NCBI GenBank assembly: GCA_951406725.2
Contig: OX597821.1
Coordinates: forward strand, 8,928,001-8,992,000
DNA from: Octopus vulgaris
Lineage: Eukaryota
Direction: 5' to 3'
DNA length: 64,000 bases
The translations under genes and the position numbers were made by a program. The stretch's first letter is position 1. Each line of letters starts with the position of its first letter. Positions 1-14,012 of this stretch are shown here, one piece after another. The notes below the pieces were generated by a model. It had not been told where the DNA came from and made no database searches. It worked only from the letters and a program-made list of their open reading frames with translations.

Positions 1-1541
1 GCAAAACAAACTGCAACACCTGTATCTAAGCCAAAACGGAATGTACCAATCGTGGTAATAGAACATGTAAATAAGGAACTTGAAAGCCTAGCAATAATCG
101 AGAAGACGGACCTCGCAGATGGGCAGCACCCACGGTCTACGTAAGAAAGAAAATTAATAAGTTAAGAGTTTGTACAGATTTTTCAACGGGGTTGAATGAT
201 TGCTTAATCTCACATAACTATCTATTGCCGAGTCCTGAGGAAAAGTTCGCAAAATTGAATGGGGGGAAATTCTTCTCAACATTAGACCTCTTGGAGGCAT
301 ATCTATAAATCCAAGTAGAAGAAGAATGCTCATACTTAATAAACATTGATACAAACCGTGGCTTATTAAAATTTAAGCAGCTTCCCTTCGGTGTAAAAAT
401 GGATCCTTCCCTATTCCAGCAAGTAATGGATACAATGCTGGGTGACTGCGATTTTGCTATCGCCTATTTAGACGATATCTTAATAAAAGCGAATCACACG
501 AACAGCATGTACAACACGTAGAGAGGGTATTCGAGAAGATAAGAGAAGTCGGTTTTAAGTTAAGTGAAGGAAAATTCGCGTTCTTTCTGAAAAAGTAAAT
601 ATTTGGGCCAGATAATAGAAAAAAAATACGGACGGAAACTAGATCCATCCAGAGCAACTGCGATAAGAAAATATGCCCACGCCGAATACTGTGACTACGC
701 TACAAGCATTTTGGGGGTTCGTAAATTACCATCAAATTTACATTCCCAATATACACATCGTAAGGCCCCGCTCAATGATTTGTAAAGGTAAAATGCAAAA
801 TAGTGCTGGACTGATAAGTGGCAGAAGGCATTTGATGAGTTAGAAAATATTTTAACATCGAACTTCTCGTTAACGCATTTTGATCCGAAGTTGGAAATTA
901 TATTGGCTACAGATGCGAGTGATTACGGTGTTGGAGCCGTGCTTCTGCACAAATATGACGATTGGAGTGAAAAGGTTATAGTCCATGCATCACGATCGTT
1001 ATTACCAGCTGAATGGAACTATAACCAAATAGAAAAGGAAGCGTTTGCAATCATATTCAGTGGGAAAAAATTCTGAAGATTTATTCATGGAAGAAGTTTC
1101 TGCCTATAAGCAGATCATCGCCCACCACTGTCAATACACAGTCCTGAAAAAGGAATACCAACACACACAGCGAATAGACTATAGCGACGGGGAACTACAT
1201 TATTGAATTATTAGAAAATGGAATATTTACTGTCCAAAAACAAAAAACAAAAAAAAAACTAGGGCACGCGGATAATTTGTTCAGCCTGATACCGAAACAC
1301 AGCGAGCCATTCGAAGATACGGCAGTTTTAAGATCAGTAGGAGGAATAAAAAATGTAATATGGAATGTGGTAGGCGAATTACCGGTAACCATTGAAGACA
1401 TGAAACGAAATACGGAAAAGAACGAATTCTTAACAGAAATGAAAAGAATACTGTGGACAGGAAAAGTACGTAGGAACAGGATTAGTGCGAAACAAAACCA
1501 AGACGTGAATCTGTACTCAATTTGTGATGGTGTACAGTTGT

Positions 1542-1588
<47 letters not shown>

Positions 1589-2570
1589 TAATACCTGAAA
1601 CACTTCAAAAGAAATTATTTAGGTAACTCCATGTTGGATATCCTGGTAATTCGAAGATGAGAGTTTAATGCGTAGCTACATGTATTGGTCAACAATAGAT
1701 AGAGAAATTGAAAGTTTAGTGAAAGGCTGTAAAGGATGTGCCCTAGCAGCAAAATAACCGACGATAAAAAGTGAATCTTGGCCAAAAGTAGATGTTCCGT
1801 CATCTACACATCGATTACACTGGTGCCTTAAACAGTTTCTACTATTAGTGGCAGTTGATAGTTTCTCTAAATGGCCAGAAAATTGTAAAGGTAAAACGCC
1901 AACCTTCTCAATTACAACAAACTTTCTACCATAGTCTCTGACAATGAGAGGCAATGTGAGTCTTTTGAGTTTAAAAAGTTTTGTAAAACGTTCGCTGTAG
2001 ATCATGTAAATACGGCGCCATACCATCACAGATTCTACGCTTTGTCGATACGTTCAAGAGAGCCCTAAGAAAATCGAATAAGGAAGTCACGGATGAGATA
2101 TCTCTACAACAAGGGTATACAGTGTGACACCAAATCCAAATACACCAGCAGGTATGTCACCAGCAGAGCTGATGTTTGCAAGAAAAATACAATCAGTCTT
2201 CGACAAATTACTGCTTAGTAAGAAGAGAAAAATTGCAATGGATAATACAGCAAGATATTTCGAAATTGTTGAAAACGTATTTGTTAGGGCGTATAAGAAC
2301 GGAAAACAAAGTTGGGAAGTTGTCGTGATTACCAAGTACAATGTCTACACTTAGTAAAAGGTAGAAACGTGGTATACAAAAGAAATATTAAACAACAAAA
2401 AAAAAACCCCGACTCGTTGAGAGCGAATCCAAGTGAACGGAAGAACCAATGGAATGGTTATATGATACTTTCCAAGTGCCAATGCCACTACAAATAATTG
2501 AACCCAGACAGACAAGCGAAAGAAAAAGAAAAGTTGCTGGAAGTGGATGCCAAACGAAAAAATATTAAAT
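1..2570 (+). mobile_element. Decayed Ty3/Gypsy (Mag/K02A2.6-like) pol: RT, RNase H, integrase
   Basis: Frameshifted motifs in order: RT (VCTDFSTGLND, LPFGVK, IAYLDDIL ~460-480), RNase H (LATDASDYGVGAVLLH...YNQIEKEAFAIIF, ORF 891-1076), integrase (VAVDSFSKWPE; TPNPNTPAGMSPAELMFARKI, ORF 2124-2354). Many stops; an (AG)n run interrupts it at ~1546-1584. The 5' part lies outside the window. Confidence 0.93.
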
Positions 2571-2674
2571 GTGTAACTGTATGAAAAAATACTAAAAAAA
2601 GGAGGAGGGGTGATGTAAAAACTATTACTAATAAAAGAAATAAAAGTATACTCCCTAAGAAAAAAAAGGGGAGA

Positions 2675-2863
2675 TGTTATGGGGATAATAGTAATAATAG
2701 AACACCCCTCCCACGTGACCAGTGGTCTGTGTTAGTCGTTACAAATACTGGGTGTAGGAAGTCGAGGTAATGTCAGTCGAATAGACGGTCCTAGATAGAT
2801 AGTCGTATCTTACGTGTCTAAATAACTATGCTACTATACCGGAGTGGAGACAGGATTACAACA
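2675..2863 (+). mobile_element. Probable 3' LTR of the Gypsy element
   Basis: Polypurine tract AAAAAAAAGGGGAGA (2660-2674) directly followed by TGTTAT...ACAACA termini, ~189 bp, short as in Mag-clade LTRs. Confidence 0.7.
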
Positions 2864-2867
2864 CATT

Positions 2868-2958
2868 CATACATACATACATACATACATACATACATAC
2901 ATACATACATACATACATACATACATACATACATACATACATACATACATACATACAA
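2868..2958. repeat. (TACA)n microsatellite at the LINE 3' end
   Basis: Near-perfect tetranucleotide run; a second run at 4912-4990 on the other side of the LINE. Confidence 0.95.
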
Positions 2959-2959
2959 A

Positions 2960-4911
2960 CATATATGATGGCCGTCCAATCGTGACCGAGGATGACAATT
3001 GCTGACATTCAAAAACATTGTGCGCTCTGGGACTAAGTTGTATTTTGCATTTGCGGCTCCGTTGGTGGCTAATGATCCCTACTCTTGACAAACATACACG
3101 ATTGCAAACATTGCAGACCAAGCTTTCCCCATTCAGTACACCAACCATGTGCTTTCGAGCAGCACGCTTAAGTTCTTCATGCTGGATACGTGCTCTCTAA
3201 AAGGTGTCGACCCCTCCTTAGCCTGCTTCCTCCATCAGTGGTGATGACAGGCATTGTTCTCCCAGTCAGTCTCCTGCATATCACAGACCTTTAATGAAGA
3301 CTTGACACAGTCCATAATCTCAGTCTTCGTTTCTGCCGGAGTCTCTTTCCTTTCACAAGTTCCCTATATAGCTTGTGCACAATCGTCTCAATACTCAAGA
3401 TATCAGCTGTCCTCAGAACCTGTGTGTCTGGAGTTTTTAAGGTCCACTCAACATTCAGACGTTTGTAAAGGGCCCATATCTCACATGAGTGAAGGAGCGA
3501 TGTCAATACACATGCACGGTACACAGCAATTTTTGTTTGTCTTGTGATACCATGCTGGGACCAGACACGAGACTGAAGAGACCGGGAGGAATTAGTTGCT
3601 CTCTGCAGCCTGAATGGTATTTCATCATCCACGGAGCAAGAACGGCTGAGTGCGGTGCCTATGTAGACAAACTTGTCTGCCACTTTCAGAATTCTTCCTT
3701 CAGCCACGATAGCTGGTTCCACATATGGATTTCCTGGTGCAGGCTGGGACATTACAACAGTCTTGTCCAGGCTAGTGATGACTCCACATGCCTTGCAAGA
3801 AGCAGAAATACGATTCATAAGTATTTGCATGTCATCCACTGTATGAGTGACTAAGTCACAGTCATCTGCATAAAGGAGATCACGAATAAGAGAGTGGAAA
3901 ACTTTTGGACTGGCAGCAAATCGGCGCAAATTAAAGAGACGGCCAGAAGATCGATATCTGACATATATTCCCACAGAGCTAACCTCAGCAAAAGCATGAG
4001 TAAAAGCAGCAGCAAAGTACAAAGAAAAGGGAGTTGGAGCAAAGATGTCACCCTGCTTGACACCATTCTCTACAGGAATGGGACCCACCATGCCACCAAC
4101 TGCATAGAGCCTAGCCTCCATCCCATAATGAAATGATATAATTATAGATACAAAGTGATCCGGACATTCAAGATTGCCAAGTATTTTCCTTGGAAAGCAA
4201 AGGAGCTGAAGTGGAACTCTTAGGCCCATAAACTTGCTTCATAAGATGGTAAAGCTTCTTGCTGTCATTTGCATCAGCAGCAACCGGGACATCACGAGCA
4301 AGATCCTCCCACCAAGTGTTCTCCATCTTCCTGAGAGATCGCTGCAGTAGTGATTTTACACTACTATAGTGGACAAGTGCTAGATTTCGCTTCACAGCAG
4401 AAACTCCTCTGTGTAGCAATACATTGTGGGCATGACACTATACAGCAAATAGTCGCTGAACCTCAGTATCATTTTCATCAAACCAGTCTCTGTGTCTGGA
4501 AGTAGCATATCCCAGTGTTTCAGCAGCACATTGAATAACCTGGTCTCGAAAACTTCCCATGCTACAGTATTTGAATGCTGGACAAGCGAGTCTGAAGCTC
4601 TTTCCTGAACACAGCATCATATTTCTTGTGGACATTCAGACGCCGGGGAATGCCGACTGGTCCTCTTCTCTCTTTCACTCTAATCATTATCCGGAACTTT
4701 GCTCACACCAGATTGTGGTCTGTCCAGCATTCCGATCCATGAAAGGACTTGACATTACAAACGTCATAGATGTCACGCTTGCGGATGATGACATAATCCA
4801 GCAAGTGCCAAACTTTGGAACTTGGATGCATCCTCGTTGTTGTATGATCACCTTTGTGCATAAAATGAGTGTGTGCGATGTAAAGTCCATTTCCATCGCA
4901 AAGCTCCAGCA
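2960..4911 (-). mobile_element. 5'-truncated, decayed RTE-clade LINE
   Basis: ORF 3291-4229 has RT motifs GVKQGDIFAPTPFSLYF, LLYADDC, TKIAVYRACVLTSLL. Upstream frames give the endonuclease C-terminus (HPSSKVWHLLDYVIIRKRD...CWTDHNLV) and HRDWFDEND. C-terminal C2H2-like CNVCNRVCLSRVGIISHQR. Flanked on both sides by (TACA)n. Confidence 0.92.
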
Positions 4912-6302
4912 GTACATACATACATACATACATACATACATACATACATACATACATACATACATACAAACATATATACATACATACATGCATTCATACT
5001 CAACCGTTCTGCTATGTTTGTTTGGGACAGTACACTGCCCTGCTTATATGAACATTTCTACTGAAACAGTTGAGAAAGAAAATAGAACATTTACAAACAC
5101 CTGCTTCAAATCTCAAAGCTTTTCCCATTTGAAAACACGGTGATTCAAAATTTGAACCCACGACCGTGTAACCGCGAAAGCAACACACTAAGCGCTAGAC
5201 TGTGGCCGTTTACTTATATTAATCACTAAACGAAACCCAACGCATCCCACGAGAAAGAAAACTGCTCGTTTTAAAACCAGGTTTCCATCAAATGTAAGAT
5301 TTATTATATTAATACATCCCACTTGCGCTATTGATATCGTACGATGGGGTGGTTTCATGTGCAAGAAATAGCAGCTAAAGTTCCCTCACATTCCATGTTG
5401 CTCTCTAACAAAGAAAAAATTCCAAGAAGCAGACACTTTGAATAATGCAATAGAAAATGTGATGGTCTCAGATGGAGAGATTTTCATCATAGATATATCG
5501 AATCAGCGCTGTTTCGGGGCTAAACAACATTTTAATTCCGGACGTATGGATTGGTGTGATTGTGTGATTGCGTAAAGATTAACTTTAACACAGTGATTAT
5601 CAGGTTTGTCTAGTTATAGGGGATATGTCTTTTAATAAATGAGGTTTTCAAAAATTGTAATGCAGAATTACTAACAAGTTAAAGTTGGGTCGGGGCTCAA
5701 GTGCTGAGGTATACACGGAGCAGATTGAACAAATGAAAATATGTTGTGGTTTGGGTCCTTAATATGTTGATGGAGATGTAGTTGTCCCCTCATGATGAAT
5801 AGTCTATTTAACTTATTTTGCGACCTAATGGAGATCCAGGTGTAACAGCAGGCGATATCAGTGAAAGAGAGTGAGAAGTGTTCGAAGAGGGATGGAGTAG
5901 CAAAGAAAAATAATCGAGAGGAGAGAAAGAGTGATAGAAAATGAAAAATAAACACCAGTACAAGACTGGCACTTCATCATGAACGAAAGGATGAAAGACA
6001 AACTTGAACTCGGCGTGCGGGATTTGAACTCAAAGGGCAAAGAACCAGAACGATTAGCGCGATGCTATAAACCCGACGCTCTAACGATTCTGCCAACTGG
6101 GCACTTTATAACCATAAATATATTATCGCTGCTGTCTGTCTTTGTGGTCTTTCTTGTCTTTGTATGTCTCAAAATTCAAATGGCGTGATGCTAAATTTTA
6201 TCTTTCATGTCATGATATACAGGTTTTGATTCAGTCGAATATAACCCATTTCTTTTAGCGAAGCGAAACATCCTTATAAGTTAGCGTTATCACATTTACT
6301 AG

Positions 6303-6418
6303 ATTCTTCTTCTTCTTCTTCTTCTTCTTCTTCTTCTTCTTCTTCTTCTTCTTCTTCTTCTTCTTCTTCTTCTTCTTCTTCTTCTTCTTCTTCTTCTTCT
6401 TCTTCTTCTTCTTCTTCA

Positions 6419-6458
<40 letters not shown>

Positions 6459-6760
6459 GTTATTATTATTGTTGTTGTTGTTGTTGTTGTTGTTGTTCTT
6501 CTTCTTCTTCTTCTTCTTCTTCTTCTTCTTCCTGTCCCGTCCTCCTCCTCCTCCTCCTCCTCCTCTTTCTTCTTCATTATTATTATTATTAATATTATTA
6601 TTGTTCTTCTTCTTCTTCTTCTTCTTTTTTTCGTCGTCTTCTTTTCGTCGTCTTCTTCTTCTTCTTCCTGTCCCGTCCTCCTCCTCCACCACCTCCTCTT
6701 TCTTCTTCTTCATATTATTATCATTATTATTATTATTATTATTATTGTTATTATTATTCA

Positions 6761-6800
<40 letters not shown>

Positions 6801-6920
6801 GTTCTTCTTCTTCTTCTTCTTCTTCTTTTCTTCTTCTTTTCTTCTTCTTCTTTTCGTCTTCTTCTTCTTCTTCCTGTCCTGTCCTCCTCCTCCATCACCC
6901 CTCCTCTTTCTTCTTCTTCA

Positions 6921-6954
<34 letters not shown>

Positions 6955-7014
6955 GTTATTATTGTTCTTCTTCTTCTTCTTCTTCATGTCCCCTCCTCCT
7001 CCTCTTCTTCTTCA

Positions 7015-7096
<82 letters not shown>

Positions 7097-7134
7097 GTTC
7101 TTCATCTTGTTGTTGTTGTTGTTGTTGTTCTTCT

Positions 7135-7166
<32 letters not shown>

Positions 7167-7185
7167 CTTCTCTTCTTCTTCTTTG
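6303..7185. repeat. Compound trinucleotide microsatellite (TTC/TTA/TTG/TCC)
   Basis: Alternating blocks; spacer CCTGTCC(CG/TG)TCCTCC recurs at ~6531, ~6667 and ~6873. Confidence 0.97.
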
Positions 7186-8385
7186 TTCTTTGTATCTTCC
7201 GCTTCTTTTTTTGCATTCTCCTTTCTGTTTTCTTTCATCTGTCTCGAAATATATAACTATTGCTTTATTACGACTCTTTCATTTCGCATTTTCTCTTTTT
7301 TCTTCCACCCTACCTTTATCTTTCATTCATTAATATATTATTTCTTTCTTCCTTCTTTCTTTCTTTGTCTCTCACTTCAATAGCTATCTACATTCACCCC
7401 TACCGACCACCGAGCTCTTTGTGTTTTGTTTAGAGTATAACAGTTTACCTTTCTCAAGCAAATTCGTTAAATGATCTCTCTCTCTCCTTCTCTCTCTGTA
7501 CATGGGTCCGTCTATATACATACATATATATATATATACATATACGCACACACACGCACACATATATATACATACATACATGCAACATAAATGCATACAT
7601 ACATGCATACATATACATGACTATGTCTGCAATCCTCCCTGCGTTTCTCTTCCTCATTCCGTACACATAACACGTGTGCATACATATATACATACATACA
7701 TCATATAGATACATAGATGTGTGCATGCGTGTATGTATATATGTTTCTATGTACGTCTATATATTGTTTTGTTTTTCTGTCCTTCGCCGACTAAATTATC
7801 TTTTATAATACTTTTTAAACAAAATTCCATCTCTTCGTTTTCATATTCTCAAAACTTCCTACCTCGTCGTCCCTTTTTCTAACTCCGAAATCGTTCCTCT
7901 TTCATGTATAATCGTTTGTATTTCGCTTTCAAACTTTTCTGTTCTATTTCGTAAACACTGTTCGTCTTTATATTCTTATACTTCCCCCATTAGTTGTCCC
8001 CTCCCATTTCACTTCCTGTTTATCTGTCTGTTTATCCATACACTTTTATCTTGCTCTCTCTTTCTCAGGCTCTCTTTCGACAAGCCTAAATCTTCAGGAG
8101 AGTTAGCAATGAATCTAATATGCTGCGATAGTTCAAATTACAATGTTAATTTTACTATCACGTTCTTTCACAGATGGAAAATCGAACGATCAGCGAATAT
8201 ATGTGTACACAACCATTACATGACGTACATATTCCCCATCATTCTTTGCAATATGATGTCATAGCATAAAAAGCAGAAAATGATACTGTATTCCATTTTG
8301 AATCGATATGTGTGTCTCCTATTATTCTAATAATAATAATTTTAAAAAAATCGTTTCAGGTGGATCATTTTACATTGTATTTACA

Positions 8386-8520
8386 AACTAGAAAAGCACT
8401 CGGAGAACACAGACCTCCGACAAGCAGCTCATTTCCACCCATATACACGCATGTTGAAAATTGCCGAATTTTCAAAACCAACGCCGGCAAAAACATAGAC
8501 TCCATGGCGAGGGTAAAAAA
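8386..8520 (+). mobile_element. Short Helentron-associated (HINE/DINE-like) non-autonomous element
   Basis: Starts ACTAGAAAAGCACTCGGAGAACACAGACCTCCGACAAG and ends AAAACATAGACTCCATGGCGAGGGTAAAA, with imperfect subterminal inverted repeats. A similar head (CACCTCCGCCAAGCAGCTCATT) is at ~9649-9670. Family call is from recognition only. Confidence 0.5.
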
Positions 8521-9189
8521 AAAATAAGACAGCCATATGATTAAAAAAAAAACGTTTTAAACACAGGAATCATCTGAAGCAGTTCACAACCACCAACATC
8601 ATCAGCAGCATTGTTATTGCTTCCACTTCAACCACATACACCACCATCAACGTTATCATGACGGTTACCTTGACAGTCACTTTCACCACCACAACCAGTA
8701 TAACCACTACAATATCACCGTCACACAACTAACACTATCATCAACACCACTATTACCAACATACCACAACATCACACATCACACCGCTCTTGTGGCCATT
8801 ATAACCACCGATACTATTTTATCCTCCTCCCATACTAATCTTGACCATCGTCATCATCAACAGTGTCTCTGCTTTCACCACAATCACCGTCAAAACTACG
8901 ATCACCACAATCAGTTTTTTTACACTGTTGAAAATCCATTATCCGATACTCATGGGACCGAGATTCTTGCAGATTCTTGATTTTCTAATTTCGGAGTGCT
9001 TTATTAAAAAAAACTACATCTACAAAACGGAACAGTTTGAGGATAGAAACCAGGTCTAAACACAATAGCTTATAGACATACTCTGAATGTAGTTCCATAT
9101 AAATCTTTCATAATTTTTTTATACTTAAGACCATCAGAAATGTTAAGATATCATCCTCTACCCACGTAGTCATGCCTTGATTAAAAGGT

Positions 9190-9645
9190 TACAGCATAAA
9201 TTAGATTACTGAGATATGTTTCGGCCGAAGTTGACTCAAGCCACGTCTAAATTAAAGGTACCACCTGGAAGCCCATTCAAGCAGAGGGTTATTGTTTTCA
9301 GAGAGATATCAGGGTGTGGATGGTTTATCTGGTATTTGTTGAGGGTAATCATCTAGGGATCGTTTGAATGCCGTGAAGTCACTTTACTCCTTTATGTGTG
9401 TCTGGCGCGATGTTGAAAGAGAGCAGGGCCAATTGAGGTGAAATAGTTCTGTCATAGTGTTGTGATACGACACGAACATTTCTGTAGTGAACGGATGGCA
9501 CGGGGGCCAAGCCTCGGACGAATTTTAAGGATGGAATATTCTCCATATCCTACAGATAATATAGAGCTCACAGCAGCGGTGGAGGGAACAAAGCATGAGC
9601 TTTTTGAGTCGATCCCAATAGTCAAGGCATGTCATGTCATCCTCC
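9190..9645 (-). mobile_element. CR1-like LINE 3' fragment
   Basis: Minus strand reads LDYWDRLKKLMLCSLHR...YIIC, KIRPRLGPRAIR, NYFTSIGPAL, AFKRSLDD...QIPDKP, resembling the CR1 ORF2 C-terminus; frameshifted. Confidence 0.7.
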
Positions 9646-10394
9646 GCGCACCTCCGCCAAGCAGCTCATTTTAAGATAGATACGCGAGTAAAATAACTAA
9701 TAGAGAGACGAAATTAAAGTTTGGAAACAGCAACGCCACCATAGGTTACGTGGAATCTACGAACGTGTTTTCAAGGGAGATAATCAAAGAATGTAGCAGT
9801 GTAATACTTCAAGTAAAGAAAATATAACAAATGTAAAGCCTGAAAATTTGGTTCAATATACATGGCTTATCTTGCCATAAATATGCCTGTTTATGTGTCA
9901 ATAAGCATGAATCAATTAGTAGCGTTTCCGGTTGTGTATTTAAATTGATATTTATTTCTCACTCGATGGAATGCTCTTTACATTGATTCTACCTCTATTG
10001 GATCTGTAATATCTATATGTGTGTGTGTGTGAATGTATGTGTGTGTGTTTGTGTGTGTGTGTGTGAGAGAGAAATTTTAACATAGGTATTTTGGCACTCC
10101 CAGTCACAATTAGTTACGATCTACATATTTATACATGTGTGTATATATATATATATTTACATACATACACACACACACACACATATATATATCATCAGGA
10201 AATTAGAAATCTGAAAGAGGAGCACATTCTAAATTAAAGAGTAGTTACAGAGAAAGACAGTTATGGCCGTTTCATAGGGTTACCCACAGGCCGCGTCCAT
10301 AAAGTTCCTAGCTTTACGTAAGCCTAAAGGTCTCCTCTTTCTCTCTTTCTCTCTACCCCTCTCTCTCTCTCACTCGCTCTCTCTCTCTCTCTCC

Positions 10395-10421
<27 letters not shown>

Positions 10422-10430
<9 letters not shown>

Positions 10431-10726
10431 CACGTGACCGACCAGACCATCAGATGTTGTTACACATCGCTGGTCACAATGCGTTCGCATTGTTTTAGCC
10501 TTCGAATGACGCCACCCCGCTGGCTAAGCGAGCAAGCCAACAGAAGAAAGAGTGAGAGAAAGAGTGGTGAAAGAGTACAGCAGGGATCACCACCTCCTGC
10601 CGGAGCCTCGTGGAGCTTTTAGGTGTTTTCGCTCAATAGACACTCACAACGCCCGGTCTGGGAATCGAAACGGCGATCCTGCGACCGCGAGTCCGCTGCC
10701 CTAACCACTAGGCCATTGCGCCTCCA
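10422..10726 (-). mobile_element. tRNA-derived SINE with tRNA-Arg(TCG)-like head
   Basis: Minus-strand head GGAGGCGCAATGGCCTAGTGGTTAGGGCAGCGGACTCGCGG...GTTTCGATTCCCAGACC has Pol III A and B boxes; same head as 53156-53460. Confidence 0.85.
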
Positions 10727-10733
10727 CACACAC

Positions 10734-10836
<103 letters not shown>

Positions 10837-11868
10837 CTGCTCGCTTAGCCAGCGGGGTGGCGTCATTTGAAGGCTAAAACAATGCGGAGCGCATTGTGAC
10901 CACCGATGTGTAACAGCATCTGATGGCCTGGTCGGTCACGGTGATCACGGTGATATATATATATATGTGTGTGTGTGTGACTGTATGCACGTGTGTGTGT
11001 GTACATGTATTTATGTATATATTTGTATTTTCTTTCTACATTTACACTATTTCAGCTGAGGAGTTTCATTTTAGATCGCGCTCTATGAGAATGTTTGGTC
11101 TCATACCAAAACATCTAAGCAATTTGAATATGAAAATAAACAAACAAAAAACTGTTAAAATTGGTTTTCGTTTACGTTCAGCTATGCAAGTGGAGATCAT
11201 CGAAATGATATTTATGATCTAAATTCAATGATAAACAATATATAAGATAACAAATGAGAACTTGATATGATTATAAATGAGATGTCAGCTAGTTTTACCA
11301 TTCATTCCTGTCCTACTATGAAATCTGCAGATGGCATGTGGATGATGTATAAGGAAAACTGTTCTCCAGAAGATTACCCACCGAATGTAGTCATAAAGAT
11401 ATTGATTTGAATATACCATAGTAGACGTGTGTAATTACCTATGTACTTGTGTCCCTGTCAGTGGGCGTGTGGTAATGTGTTTGTTGTTGTGTGTACACAT
11501 GTGAGTGTATGTAGCCGTGTGTGTGAGTGCGTGTGTGTGCTTGTGTTAGCTGAGTTTGTTCGTACTTGGTAGTAGGTTGGACAGACCTATGATCAAATAT
11601 GTTCCATATATGATTATCTCATATTTTTCCGAGGGTCGTATACCCAAGGTGTAATTACACCAAACTATCTCGCGTTTCTTTAAATTCCATGTCTTGAACG
11701 CTATGTTGAGCAATTTGAGGGAGATTTGGTTGACTTATTTCTATCCGATTGCGAGCTCTCCTATATTTTGTCATTAGTGTTCGGGTGTATGTAAGGATGT
11801 ATGTGTGAATGTCTCTGTTGTGTGTGTGTGTATCTATCTATTTTATATACACACATTTTACATTATAC

Positions 11869-11926
<58 letters not shown>

Positions 11927-12019
11927 GCGCAGATCTGGCTGTGTGGTAGGGAACTTTCTTCGCCAATTACATGGTTCCGGGTTCAGTCCTACACAGTGGC
12001 ACCTTGGGCAAGTGTCTTC

Positions 12020-13830
12020 AAGTGGTAACTGTTGTATTTATACAGTCCTTTATGTGTGTTGATTGTCAGGCGTTCAGAGCATTCATCGTTTATTCTAATT
12101 TACCAGTACTCGTCAGAGAGACCCAATTTAGAAAATATCTTGAAATCGTTTAATTTCGCAAAAATATCCTCCGAAGTAGATAGCGGATAGTGACACGTAT
12201 TAAGACATTTGTTTAAACCAGTGAAAAATCAGCACACACTGTTTTAATTATATTTTTATCAACATAAACTGTTGGTGATGTCCATTGATAACTTTTGGAT
12301 AACTCCAATTTTTCCAGTCTCTGTAGCTCTAAGTTTATCTGTTCTAACATTGCGAACGGTACAGTTCGTCTTGGTTTCAATGTCGGAATAGCGTTTTCTT
12401 ACATTTGAAACCTCGCCTTTATTTTGGTGCGCAGACTTAATTTATCAGATAGAACTTCACGAAAAATTAAAAACAGAATTTTTTCAATTCTTCTGATGAC
12501 TTATTTGTACCGGAAGGAAAGCCATTCACATTTTTGCAGAAAAGGTTTATGGGGAGGTCCTGTGAATTAAATAATTCCATCCAGTCAGTTCCGAATAAAT
12601 TTGTGGTATTATTTAAAACAAAATTGTAGTTTTTAAGGTCTTTTACGAAATGTAATGTCACTTTTCAATTAACCCTTAAAATATAAATTTTTTTTTCCTG
12701 AAACACCATGGACAATTTTCGAAGTTTCATTTAATTTTGCTCCCCTGATTTTGTCCATGTATCTGTATTAATTGCCGAGATCCCTGCCTATATTCAATTG
12801 CGACTTTACGTTTGTGCTACTAATTTTCATATACACAAATTTCCTTTGACGCTCATTCGTATTTTTTATCACCAGTAACCTGTTTACGCGACTTCTTCTG
12901 TTCAACCGTTTTTAGCTTTTGTTTTAGAGTGTGATATTTTATGGCTTATTTTACTGCACTTAAAGCATTCCATATTTTTAAAATGTTGACCACCGCATTC
13001 ATAATATGGATTCGGTCTTGATATTTTTTTATTATCCGATCCCGATCCTGTTCACTTTTATCTATGCCATACCGTAGATTTATAATCCTCTGACATTCAT
13101 CCGCTACTGCCTTCAGAGTTAAATGTTGACCCTGTTCTAATTTTATTAATATCCCGAAACGTATATCTGCATCTTTGCTTGCAGTAAGCCAGTGAACAAA
13201 AATTAAACACTTGAACATGTCCGGGGTCAACTCATTCAGTTTGAACTTCTCACAGTCTCTGATTGCCACTCCGGCATAGGTGACAAAATCTTTTTTGACC
13301 AAATTTAAACATTACGATCGAGTATTGAACAGGGAACATCTTTCACTGAAAAATTTCGATAAAATATTAATTGTTTCATCGAAATTACACCTAGTTTCTT
13401 CGGCAGAATATGATTACTGTATTCTGCCGAAGAATATATCCCCTGTCTTCGTAGGGGATAACTTTCACAAAAGTAGTTGTATAGTTTCACCGTTGGACTA
13501 ACTTTTACATTCTTCTTTGAAGATTACTTTATATCTTCGAAAATATGCAGAAAAATTTAATCCCTTCTAGATTATAGCTGAAATCTTCAACCGAATTTGT
13601 TACGCTTTCTGGAGAGTACGAACCTGAAGTATTTTCAGACTTCTTCAACGTTAATTCCAGCAACTGTTGGCTTTGTTGTTGTTGCTGTTGTAGTTGTGTT
13701 GTAGTTGCTGTTGTAACTGCACCACGGAGGCCAATAAATCTTTCATATTAAAACGATGTTTTCTTTGGTTTCGTACCAAAAAAGTTTTAAACATCCAGTG
13801 CAAGCTTCGAACAATTCGTCGCCACTTTTA
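12020..13830 (-). mobile_element. Decayed Ty3/Gypsy (Mag-like) gag-protease-RT start
   Basis: Gag-like DFVTYAGV...CEKFKLNELTPDMFKCLIFV (ORF 12946-13302); NLFGTDWMELF (ORF 12467-12661); RT start GLNKCL...YPL...EDIFAKLN...IFSKL...LTINTHKGLYKYN. PBS-like TGGCGACGA at 13815-13824 (minus). Confidence 0.88.
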
Positions 13831-13834
13831 TCCC

Positions 13835-14012
13835 TGTATTGGGATATATGATATAACGAAGCAGGGGGAGAAAGTATTTACACGAAGCACTACTATCACA
13901 ATTACACGAGATTCAGCGCTCTCAACCACGGCTCACAGTGAACTACTTATTAACCCGAACTGCTAATTGCTCACAGTTCTTTATTTTATAACAACGAAAT
14001 CCTTCCACAACA
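13835..14012 (-). mobile_element. Probable 5' LTR of the second Gypsy element
   Basis: Minus strand TGTTGT...AATACA, ~178 bp, ending ~10 nt before the PBS-like motif. No visible similarity to the LTR at 2675-2863, so a separate insertion. Confidence 0.55.
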
